Assembly (NCBI GenBank): GCA_973895155.1
Contig: OZ316892.1
Span: 13,022,238-13,086,237 of the forward strand
DNA from: Marsupella aquatica
Taxonomy: Eukaryota > Plantae > Marchantiophyta
Length of the DNA stretch: 64,000 nucleotides
Reading direction: 5' to 3'
The notes below the pieces were generated by a model. The model did no database searches and was not told the origin of the DNA. It worked only from the letters and a program-made list of their open reading frames with translations. Both the position numbers and the translations under genes were made by a program. Every line of letters begins with the position of its first letter. Position 1 is the first letter of the stretch. This document shows, piece after piece, positions 12,801 through 23,222 of this stretch.

Positions 12801-14188
12801 CAGAGCTCCGAAGCAAACACGGAGGCTGCTAACGCCTTGGAAGAACAAACTCCTCCAACCAATGCCAACATATCTCGTCCTGTTGATGCCACGAGCACAA
12901 GGAAAAAGAAGAAGAAGAACCACGATCTTGGTTCGATTGCGTCCACCGAGGTCCAACGAGAAGTTGGTCGATTCAATTCAAAGGTTAGCCGTCATAAGTT
13001 TGTTGAGTCCAGTGTTATGGAATTTTTTGAATCTGTGTTTACAAATGAGACCAAACCCGCATGGGTGATGACTGTTGAAAAGTGGGGGAAAGACTTAGTG
13101 GCACTTGGTCTTCGCGAGAAAGGCGTTGTAAGGGGAGGGAAGTTAAGAGCGTTTGGGGTAGATGCGGGGTTTGTGTATTTACCAACGGGGCTAAGACCTT
13201 CTTTGCTTCACCGGAAGTCGCCAAAGTGGAATGTCCCGGATCACCGAATTGTAGGTTCCTTTTTTCGGGCCATGGACCCATTTCTAGCCGATGATGGATT
13301 GTTAGCAGTTTGCACCTGGGGAGTACGACCAGATTTCCCAAGTTATTTCCGCAAGCCAAGAGTCCCAGAAGTTCCAGTGCCTGAAAACACTCAACGTTGT
13401 AATGGGCGTCCCAATGTACATGGCCAGAAGCGATTGTCAGGTAATTATCCTCATCTTTGATTATCTTTTTGGCTAGCGCTTGGCGCTAGTCATATATTCA
13501 ATTTCACGGTATTGAGTTTAGGGTTAAAGTCTTTATTTTTCGTCTGGTTTTTTGGTAGCGCCAGGCGCTACCCATGTCCCTTGTTATATATCTCATTTTT
13601 CTTGCTTACTTCACAGGTTTTCACCTTAAGACTTGACATCTTCAGTCGGGTTACATCGAAAGTCAGGGTTCCAAAGGATGTAAAGTTTAAGCCTTTGTCT
13701 GTAACTGAAGACCCTTCAATCACGAATCTCATTGGATTGCAAAGTCTCAAGAATGATCCTTCTCCTGAAGGTGCATTTGCTGGGAATGCTCGTCTGCCTG
13801 TCGGCTTCATGCAGTCTGTCCTTGAGTTAATTACGCATCCGGGAGATATTGTTATGGATTGGACGGTTGGTTCTGGGAGCACATTTGTTGCGGGTGACTT
13901 CTGTGGCCGTTTCATTCTTGGGATTGAAAATCGCAAGGAATTTGTGTCCATTGCTGAAAAGACGTTCAATGATCTTCTTCTCCCCAAAGAAGTGAGTGAG
14001 GCTGGTCCGAGCAAAGACCAGGGGAAAAAGTTAAGGACAAAGTTTGTTCTGTTGTGAATTTTGATTCCGAAGAAGAAGAAGCCGATGTTGGTGATGTGGA
14101 TGGTGGTGAAGATGTAGATAATGTAGAAGAGAAGAAGGAAGAGGGGAATGCAGAAGGAGAAACGGATGATTCAGATTCCTCAGAGTAA
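9882..14188 (+). pseudogene. Spliced accessory gene of the transposon: ParB/Srx-like N-terminal domain, N4C/N6A (beta-class-like) DNA methyltransferase-like domain, acidic tail; decayed
   Basis: Exons ~9882-10591, 10692-12567 (split by insertion 11374-11910), 12747-13440 and 13617-~14188, possibly with a further exon ~14290-14584; all introns GT-AG. Motifs: IPLCRLV..KMFCVFDGNHCLYSW (ParB-like DGxHR) and RLPVGFMQSVLELITHPGDIVMDWTVGSGSTFVAGDFCGRFILGIE (like the C-terminal SAM-binding block of N6_N4_Mtase). Stop at 10200 and frameshifts near 12747, 13320 and 14050. Confidence 0.75.
11374..11910. mobile_element. 537-bp non-autonomous element inserted in exon 2 of the accessory gene
   Basis: 8-bp TSD CTCTCAGG (11366-11373, 11911-11918) and imperfect TIRs sharing ATCAGTTATC. 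Three internal hairpin repeats CCATCTCGGCGAGGCCAGCYGAGATGG are separated by A/T tracts. Excision restores LQTALR|QVESIMPPERL in frame. Confidence 0.9.
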
Positions 14189-14595
14189 TGCCCGTAAGCT
14201 CCTTCACATTACATTACTATTTGTTTTCTTTGTTTTGTTTCAAACACATCAATTAAAGCCACGTACTTAGTGTTCTAACCAACTCGCAGGTCCGAGTGGA
14301 ATCTTCGCGAGAGGTTTCACCTACGAAGGAAATTTTCAAGGAAGGTTCTCATTACCCCGGAGAAACCATTTGTATTGCCTTCCTACGCCGAGTATGCCGC
14401 TCGCAAAGAAGAGAGCAGGAGAACCCTGACTTGGGAGCATAAAGGCTTGCAATTGAGACGAGGTTCGGATCAGAAGTTTATCCATCATCCTTTTGTCGAC
14501 GACATGGCACGGAATGAATTTGTAGACGATGAAGCAGAGTCTACAGATAGATCGGAGAGTAGTGGGTCAGAGTGTGCAGATTAGATTTGATTAGC

Positions 14596-14645
14596 TTAGA
14601 TTAGATTAGATTAGATTAGATTAGATTAGATTAGATTAGATTAGA
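14596..14645 (+). repeat. (TTAGA)10 microsatellite
   Basis: Read directly; lies just after the stop at 14584. Confidence 0.95.
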
Positions 14646-15071
14646 GTTTCACCGTTTGGTCAATTCCCCCCTCCAAAATAGTAGCGCCCGATGCTACTTA
14701 TTATTCATATGACGTGAAGCTGGATTAAGACAAGGTGGGCAATGTATGATGTTCCGTATATCCTTTTAGGAGGACAAATGTACTGAAATACTTAATTCAA
14801 CAGAAGTACCCGTACAAGTGTTTGTTTCCCTTCCGTAATGTCATTGCCTGTGGTACTCATTGATCTCAATGGACTGGTGTTTTCTCTGTATGCGTGATTG
14901 AAACGGAAACTTTTTCCCTTGCTCGAAATTGCATTGTTAGTCATTTCATTTAGACTCTCCCCTTTCGTCCCTCTCCTTTTGACAATTTGTAGGAGCTCTT
15001 GGAGGCCTTTGCCATTTACGCTTTTCGGTGTCAAGTCCTTTGAGAGACAAAAAGTCATTCGTGTAGTGACC

Positions 15072-15542
15072 ATGGACAAAGGGAAGCAGGTGAAACAAGA
15101 GAGGACTTCCCGCCTCACAAAGTTTGAGGGCAAAGCATCTGATGGTGATCTGTTTCCGAACTTCCCAATCGAAGATACTACTCACTCTGAGACATCGACT
15201 GAGCGGAATCGACTGTGGCTAGCCTCCGATGAGGGGATAAGTTTCCGATCAAAATCTATTCCTTCTACTCATTTATCGCCTCCCCGGTCTTTTCGAGAGC
15301 GTTTCTCTATTCACGATCCGGACCCTTCTGATCACTATGGGGTTGGAGGGACGCAATTTTTTAGGGACATTCAACAGTGGACTGGGCGAGTTGGATTCTC
15401 TTATTCGAACATATCAAATTGCAAGCTTAGGAGTCGCCTTCCAGGGCCGCATTTTTTTGCTGAGCGGGAGGATGGATTTCATCAAGATGACGATCGGTTC
15501 AATGCAGGACTCGATGATGAGTGTGGATCGTTGACATCCTGA
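15072..15542 (+). other. Possible third small gene of the transposon (unknown function, possibly frameshifted)
   Basis: MDKGKQVKQ... ORF with an overlapping alternative frame 15337-15534, flanked by palindromes at 14682 and 15579. No recognisable motif. Confidence 0.3.
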
Positions 15543-16039
15543 TCTTTAGGAAGTCTTTTTGCACACTCTCGTGATAGATAGTGCCCGGCGCTATCGCTAT
15601 TAAGAACAAAGGAGATAGGATTTTGTTTGTTCGGGATGTTCAGTTTGTAGGATACAGCTTTTTAGTTGTTAAGTCGATTCACTGTTCGCAACATCTCTAC
15701 ATATTCTGGAGTTTAAAGTTGTAAGAGGTATTGTCACCTTGCATAGCTTTTATTCCACAATGACACTCACTAGTCGGATTTAGGGATTTAGTGGCAAAAT
15801 GACACTCACTAGTCGGATTGTATGTCAATGACAATGAGTGTCTTGGGGATTAGTTTGTTCTTACCCGACCTCCTAGATGTTTTGGATTCTGTGACACCTT
15901 TTTTTGGAGTAGCGCCAGGCGCTACTAATACATGGAGCCATTTTTCTCAGGCTTTACTTTTGAACTTCGTTTTATAACTGTTCTCTCAAACCCTATTTTT
16001 ATTGATGGATGGCGAATGTTCAGAGTATAACCCCGTCTT

Positions 16040-16098
16040 CTTTTACTGTTATGTTTTCCTGTTTCCTGTTACTGTTTCCTGTCATGGAGAAAACCTCC
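16040..16098 (-). repeat. Right degenerate TIR
   Basis: TTTCCTGT/TTACTGT subrepeats ending ...TTCCTGTCATGGAGAAAACCTCC immediately before the TSD. Confidence 0.8.
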
Positions 16099-16248
16099 CA
16101 CGAACACCAAGGAGACACCATTCAAGTGAAGACAATTGCGAGCAAAGACAACCATGCAGATTTATTCACAAAAGCCTTGACTCTAGCACTACATACTATT
16201 CATTGTCAAGGCATAGGCTTAGGCAAACTATCAAAACTCAAAGATTAA
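16099..16248 (+). pseudogene. C-terminal end of the copia RNase H, resuming after the insertion
   Basis: Reads HEHQGDTIQVKTIASKDNHADLFTKAL...KLKD*. Removing 4465-16105 joins ...KFFFTHE|HQGDT... in frame. Confidence 0.93.
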
Positions 16249-16452
16249 AAATAATACTTAACTCTAGATAGCCATAAACTTTCATACTCTTATTTGTAAA
16301 GGTGGTTGTACTCTTTCCCTCGCATGAGTATGAGAGGGTTTTAATGAGGCAACACCTCCATAAGAACAAAGTACAAAACATAAGACTTTTGTTGGAGGAC
16401 TTAACTAACATAGAGTTGCTTGCATTACTCCCCTGATTACTCCCATAATACA

Positions 16453-16681
16453 ATCAAGGGGGAGTGTTAGAATACCATAGTTAAGTCACTAGGGTTACTT
16501 ACCTAACCCTAGTTAGGAACCTTGTAACCCTTCATACCATATATATACATCCGAGGGAGAAGTTGGATTACAGTTGGAGATTATCACACAACCTATGAGA
16601 ATAGAAATAGAATTGAGTAATAAGTGTCCATCTACTTATCCATCCAAATCCACTTCTTTGTTTAAAGGGGTTACTAAAACA
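16453..16681 (+). repeat. Polypurine tract and probable short 3' LTR of the copia element
   Basis: ATCAAGGGGGAG is directly followed by TGTTAG (LTR start 16465), with a TATATATA box at ~16540. The end ...CTAAAACA at 16681 is a candidate only, because the 5' LTR is not in the window. Confidence 0.7.
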
Positions 16682-19600
16682 TCTTCAAACTCTAAAAAGA
16701 ATGATTAATTATTCCTATTGATAATCTTCACACTTTTAGTTATCTTAAAGAATATATTTTATTTTATTTACCTAAATGCAATAACCCTGGAAAACAATTA
16801 TCACCATTTTGGGGAGATTGTTTGAAGTTGAAGCAACCCTATGTAAGCAAGCACTAAAATTAAACACAAGTCCAAAATGACCCTCATGGTGGAGCAAAAG
16901 GTAAGAGCTCATGTCTAGAAATGATGAGTTCAGGACCTTAATTTTTTTCAGTATCCACTATGTCTGCCCAAACCCAAATATCTCCTCCCACATGTATTGC
17001 ACAACATAAATGCAAAAGCGTCAGTTCAATCTGCTCTAAACGGCCCATAACCTGCAGATGAAGATAATAATCTGAGTACTGGAAAGTCAACTCAATCCAG
17101 TATGCATGAATGAAGAAACCACAACATCAAAGTGCAACTTAAAAATGGAAAAACCTCTGTTCAATTGGATTATTTTGTCAAAATGTGCCATAACCTGCAG
17201 CTGAAAAAGTAAACCTGAATACTGCAAAATCAGCTCAATTACAAGCCACTGTGCATGAATAACCATAAAATCAAAGTGCAACTCAAAAAACTGTCATAAA
17301 AAATGCAAACAATTGCCTGAACTTAAATTGTACGAGCTGGACAAATATGTTGCAAAATGGGACAGAAAAATGGGATGGAAAAACCCAATATCAGGGGATC
17401 CACAGGACAACGAGTGGCAGCTGCGGGATGTGCATGTGAGCAAAAAGAAAGTAAAAGCTTGGGACCTCTTGCTCTTCTTGTGTAAACTGCCACCTGAAAT
17501 GCAAAGAAAAACACATGGGAAAGGATGAATATGGGCTCCCTCCCTCCTATCTTCATGCATGCAGATGCAGTGGGACTGTAAGAGGACAAAATAATAAGAA
17601 AAACAGGAGGAAAATATGTGTGCCCTGATTTTCTAGTGCAAAACATGGCCCAACACTGCACTTTCAAAAGTCAGAATGCCAGACGGAAAACATGTGTATG
17701 TGTGTGCTAGAGCAACCGTGGGCAAGAGGATGTCTTTTGCAGGAGGGTGGGGCTATATATTGTAAATCAGTTTGCTTTGCACCAGGTAGACATTGCTGCA
17801 GTTGTGGACAGATAATTGAGCCACCTCCCTAAAATAACGAGGAAAGGGTCTAGAGGATGCATTGACAGAAGGATGCCATGCTACGTTTGGGAAGCAGATC
17901 AACGTTGAGGGTGGAAAAGTGCATACACAACAACATCCTCTCAATTCAGTTTGGCTTCAGAGAAGTTGCGCCACCATCATATGAAATTGTTAGCACAGTT
18001 GCAAAAAACCTTCTTTGAGAAAAAATCCTTACCAAGAACTAGTTTTTCTTGAATCAAAGGTATAGTAGAAATTGACGTAGTGAAACGAACCAAAAACCGG
18101 TGGAATGCCAACGTTGGCTAGGAGCATTTAGTGAGTTGTTGTTTAACTTTGTGCTAGTAGGGAAAAATGAGCTATGTTTGAAGTGCTATAACTGCCCTGA
18201 CCATTATTCAAGAAAAAATGCAAGAACAAAGGGAACTTGCTTCTAGAACATCTAACCTGAAGTAAGAAATCATCACCCAAACTACATACCTAGTGGGGAT
18301 GTAGGGGAGATGCCATTGTCAAATGGAGAGATTCGGCCATGCTGGAAGCCATGTTGTTGCGGGACACTGCTCAGCCCTCCACCAATTGTCCAGCACTTAG
18401 CCAAGCACTTGCTTATCATTGTTGTGCACAGATCACCTAAACTCACAAGTAAGATTACCAAACTGAAGTTTGATACAAAGTTGTGACACATTATACAATC
18501 TAGAATTGGAAGAAGAAACTACACTTGACACTTGCATTTCTGGCGCACCAGTTACTGCAGTCTAATTCACCTGATTTTGCATGTTGTGGATAGTGTCCTT
18601 CCGGCCTTGGCAATTAATCTAGCAACGGAGGAGTGTCAAACCCCTAGCTATGGAAAATGACAATTCTTCCAAAAGTCAAAGTCCCTACCCCCTAGCCTAT
18701 CCCCTCTAATTCTAAACCCTCTAAAGTCCCCAAACAATGACCAGCAATCCATCCATGAAATCCCACATCCCATTCTATTTACATACTTAGTAATTCAAGT
18801 ACTATTCCGCAACTCACTAACCAGTCACTCCACGCCTCAGTCTTCGCTTCTTGCTTTGCCTCTAACCAATGAGTTATTCAATCTTGGATTATACTATAAA
18901 ATTGTTGAGAAAGCATTTGTAACGTGCAATCCAAATGACACCTAATGGTGGACCTAGCCACCCAACGCCCTCACCAAATGCAACAGTCTCTCCACAATAC
19001 TCTTCGGACCTAGGTGCCAACACGAAACTCCACGCAACTTGGTGCCGTCTATCACTTGCTCTATCACCGTTGGCAACAACTCACATACAAAACCGCAATT
19101 TCTCCTCAACACTACCATTGCTGATAGAGCCTCCTAGATCCACATGGCCCCACCATAAGCTGCAATTAAAGTTGACACCCATTGTTGTTCAAAAGAGCCT
19201 CTCAAGTGGGTGTTGTTCAAGCATCCCCACTTTCTATCCATCCTAGCTGATCGCCTTACTAGCTCAAACCTGACTATTGCAACAGTCTCCATGGATCCAA
19301 TGCAACTGGGAATCCGAGGGCATTATGCACTTGGACCTCAACACCCAGGCCTACTCTACAATGCCTCCCCAACGCAAGCTCCCGCAAAAATTGAACATGG
19401 ATTGGCTGCTATTTTGGTAGGATTGGCAAGCAAGCAAGATAGTTTGTGCAAACTGCAAGAACAAAAGGCACCCCAAGACCCAGATGAGATTAGGGGAGGT
19501 AAGTCTTCTTGAGAGATTTCCAACGCACACAAGAAGTCCTACAACGGACTTCCCATAGAAGAGATAAATTGTCAATTCGGTGTCTCCCCTTGGTAGCAGG

Positions 19601-20219
19601 ATTGCAACACTGCTTGACTTGGGCTCACCCTTGGACCATTGGAGACACCACTCCCCTCATATATGCTTTTGGTGATCTGTCACCCCTTGACCAACTTTTG
19701 TTCCTTATTTTTTGGCCCCCACTAGGACTCCAACCAAGCCCACTAGGGATGAAGCCAACTTGTTAGGCCCATAATCTTCTTGTTAGGCGTCCGTAGGCGA
19801 AGTGCTTTGGCCCGTTGTCATCGGACTGACGCGGTGCTCATACCCAGGCCTCAAGACTCAACCCCAAGTCTTCACCCAACTGCCACTGATTCTCATGCAT
19901 GATCCAAACTTTGTTACACTTAGGACCAGTGCTCTTACTCAAGCCCTAAGAACCCAGAGTCCACTCGGGGGTCCAGACTGTTTGCCTTGAGCTTGGCCTC
20001 TCTCGTGGTCCAACCAACTCATAACGCCAATCCAAGTACCTTGTGCGCAATCGGGGCTCTGTGCATCACCTTTGCTACAACACCGTTCCCTTGCTCTCAA
20101 GTCTCCGCAAACTTAGTCCCTTCTGAATGCCAATCCTGGCGCCTGGACTGTAGAGGAGCTCAACATTGGAGCAAGCGACGCCCGAGCTAAGTGGTAGAGT
20201 AGTCGGGTTCTGAAACTTA

Positions 20220-22300
20220 CCCCAACCTATATGGTAGCTTACTTTTCACAAAAGAGAGTGTGTTGAAGAACCTCTCATCTTCAACTTACCCATTCACTAT
20301 GACCACCACAATTTCTTGAAGTTTAATCATTCACCCATCCCAGCTCTTATGAAAGGATTTGTCCCTGACCTCCTCCACATATGTGTCACGGGTTATCTTT
20401 GGGTTGAACTCCTGCTCTACCATGACCTTACTTTCAATGCCCTCCATTCTGAGCTTGAAGTAGCTCTGCTCTTCAAGCTCGGGCTTCAAGCTGCATGTTG
20501 AAATCCAAAACTGGACGAGTCACCTTGGTTTTGTCTCCTGCAACACCTCCATTTGACATTGTACTGGCCGACAGAAACCATCATTGATTACCTCCATGTA
20601 GAGCGCAAAATTCTTCTCGGCATCCTCTCCATCCCAGTACTGTGGATGCACAATTCCTAAGGCATTCAAGTGGTCAACATTAGGAAAGCAAGTATCCAAA
20701 ACTTATTTAATGCAGGATTTAATGACCTTTTGAGCTGCTTCCTTCCAGCGGTTTGTCACCAGCAGACTATTTACAAAGTATCTCATCAAACCAATGAGTT
20801 GGATATGTATGATCTGCCTTTCAAAAACTCCACTCTAGTTTCCAAATCAGTTTGACTGATTAGTGTGTGACTTGTTGGATACAATCTCTAGACAAGGAGC
20901 TAGTATCCCTAGTGTGAACGAGGTTTGCAAATCCACATAAAATCAATGAAGCTTGGCTTGACAGACTTTCACCGCATTGACGTAGTCTTGGATCAATACA
21001 TTTGAAGACTGTATAAACCGGATGAGACTATCCATAGACTTCAACAAAGGCAACACACAAGGCAAAGATAACAAAGTCTCCAGGTCCAACAAGGCAGCAC
21101 TATTTAGACTTTGTTGTCATAAAAGGCAACATTAGACAACCCCTACTCCACCAGTTTCTTGTATTCATGAAAAGCACTTTGCAATGGTGGTAACATCGAG
21201 GCTCAATGGATTTTGTGGTGTCCGCTGAATCTTGAGGCCCTGTGCCTTCAAGTCCTTTGCTAGTCATTGGACCTTGAGTTGCCGTTTGGGACTATATGCA
21301 AAATAGGCATGTAAATTGGTGATGAGATTCTCAAAGAATCCAACTTCTCCACACAAATATTTAGTTCTATGAACGCAACAATGTACGCCAATCATAAAGG
21401 AGCATTAATTACCACAATGCCGTCGAGATGGCCTTGGAAGACCGCAACACTTTGGACTAACAAGCTTTCAGGCTAGCTCATTCCAGCTCAGATTCCCAAT
21501 CTTAAGTCAAAGTATCCTTCAGAACAACAATGATGGCTTCAACATTAGCTCCAAACGAGCTTTTCCAAGGAGAGAATGGAAGGAACCCTTTCCAAGTTCT
21601 CTGTGATGTGAAAATGGACACTAAGCCACTGTTGATATATTGTAATAGTAGGTACCTCATCAGCTGAGGTAGATAGAACCGCATAGAAAAATAGTCTCTC
21701 TGGTCTTCAACTCCACTATGTGATAAATTCTCTCTACTATGCCCCAACCCGCAGTAATGCTCCAATGCGTTGTTAGGGTATCAAAAACTTTCAGCTGGTG
21801 AAGAGCTTTGCCAGGACATAATTGTTTATTGGGTGACCCAATGTCAGCAGCATGAAAAGGAAAACTGCACGAGTTTTTCTTTGACTATGACTTGGATCTA
21901 TTGATGGAGAGGATTGCGGGGGCAATGCAACAAAAGCTTTCTCATGTTGGGTGGAGCCCAAGAAATAGAACTTGCCCTTTGCAAAGTACTGGCCTTGAAC
22001 CACTATAGCGCTGATCAAGTCTCCTCCCTGCATGCTTCCATAGGCCGTTGATCTTTGGAACATGCAATTTATCCCTTCAATCTTTGAACAAATTGTGCAA
22101 CACACTTGCGTAACCTCTCCCTCTATGTTAAGTATAACAGCCCAAGGATGGACAACTGCCTGTCCTGGCTGGAAGTGCCTCTTCATCTCAGAGCTTTTTT
22201 TCCTATTCTTCACCACCTCCTCGTGCCACTCTCTAATGATGGGAGGGTGGACACCAATGGGCTTGCCTACACAGGTGACAACTTTATCCTTGGCTGGTGA
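20220..22300 (-). pseudogene. Highly decayed hAT-like transposase (Zn-finger N-terminus, hATC dimerisation C-terminus)
   Basis: Fragments across frames: HPWAV..VCCTICSKIEG..SLWKHAGRR (~22020-22150), SADEV..WLSVH (~21620-21670), AVFQG..FMIGVHC (~21380-21445), VEDERFFNTLSFVKSKL..RL (~20225-20290). Confidence 0.7.
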
Positions 22301-23222
22301 AGCAGCACCATGCCAGCCAATGATCTAGAGCCAAGAATTGCAAGGCTTGGGTGGCTCAGAAAGAAAGTACTTCACCATGAGGGTATTTGGGAGGCTAGCA
22401 CTTGTCTTAGTCATCTTGTTGCACTACTTATGCCTCACTCTTTCAAACAGATTGCCCAAAATAATCTCAACTTGCATGGAGCAATGAGATGTTACTAGCA
22501 GCAAGTCCTGAAAGCAATAAATTCAATGAAAAATTGTGAGGAGAGAAGGAAAATCTCTTGATGAAATAGATTGCAGTTGCAGCTGCATGTGTGCTCCCGC
22601 ATCACTGAAATGAGATCTGACGCTCCTGCTCACCCCCTGAAATGAGATCTTAGGCTACGGCTCACCCCCTGTCAGCTGATCCCCTTCTATTCATAGAGCA
22701 CTCCATTATTATTGCCAACACTTTTCAAACTTGCGCCATATAAGAAAGAGACAAAAACCAACAAAAAACAAAACATTGGCTGCACATTTTCAGGACAACT
22801 ATGAAGAATGCATATTAAATTCAACATCCTCCTGGCCCGGATGGAAAGGTGGAAAGAATAAACCAAGAAGTTTTGGGAATATGCAGTTGCCCAACCCTAA
22901 ACCCTAATACTGACCAGTGGCTGGTTGCCCAATGCCGGCTAAACCCTAAGTGGGAATGGTGTCAAATTTTGGTGATTGCATTTGGTGATTGCAAGCCAGT
23001 GAACGGTGGAATGGTAATGGTAATGGTAATGTATTATAAGCTCCGGGACCATGAAAGTCAAAGGAGCTGCCACAAAAAGTAAAGTACAATGCAATCAAAG
23101 AAAAGAGCAACCAAAAGAGATTGCTCAGAAGAGGACAACTATGTCCTCAAAGAAACTATGGACCTAGAGAGCCCTGAAAGATTTTCCAAACCTATTCTCC
23201 TTTCCCTATCCACCGCAAAGAT

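Larger units (their letters stand above)
4655..15924. repeat. 15 dispersed copies of the palindrome TAGCGCC-N-GGCGCTA
   Basis: Copies start at 4655, 6677, 6734, 9072, 9176, 9289, 9406, 10656, 12616, 12691, 13474, 13556, 14682, 15579 and 15910. Each has 0-2 mismatches to the consensus, all transitions. Confidence 0.95.
4465..16098. mobile_element. ~11.6-kb Mutator-like (MULE) DNA transposon with degenerate TIRs and accessory genes
   Basis: Flanking direct repeat CCCACGAAC at 4456-4464 and 16097-16105; the TSD is 7-9 bp depending on whether the terminal CC belongs to the element. Imperfect TIRs: left GGGCCCGACCTCTGTGACAGGAAATAGGAAACAGTAA, right (reverse complement) GGAGGTTTTCTCCATGACAGGAAACAGTAACAGGAAA. 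A DDE+SWIM transposase lies inside. Confidence 0.88.
1..16681 (+). mobile_element. Decayed Ty1/copia LTR retrotransposon (Bianca-like); 5' end lies outside the window; interrupted at 4465-16098
   Basis: Domain order is gag, PR, INT, RT, RNase H. Motifs: zinc knuckle CFQCGTKGHPQKLC (~830-870), LDSGT protease-like motif (~1051), HTRLDHPG..CMAC and RVDNAGEF integrase, SLYGLKQ/YVDD RT, GYADAGY..SNHAEIIALYEASREC..KHIAPKFFFTHE RNase H. A PPT and LTR start follow at 16453-16470. The lineage guess rests on the RNase H motifs. Confidence 0.95.

Noticed and set aside
9882-14188. Bacterial contamination or prophage as the source of the ParB/MTase motifs
   Set aside because: The gene has spliceosomal GT-AG introns and lies inside a TSD-bounded element nested in a plant copia retrotransposon.
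14596-14645. (TTAGA)n as a telomere-like repeat
   Set aside because: It is not the plant TTTAGGG repeat and is short and internal; treated as an ordinary microsatellite.
18935-20190. Run of short + strand ORFs
   Set aside because: No recognisable motif or consistent splice pattern. Possibly old TE debris, but it cannot be supported.
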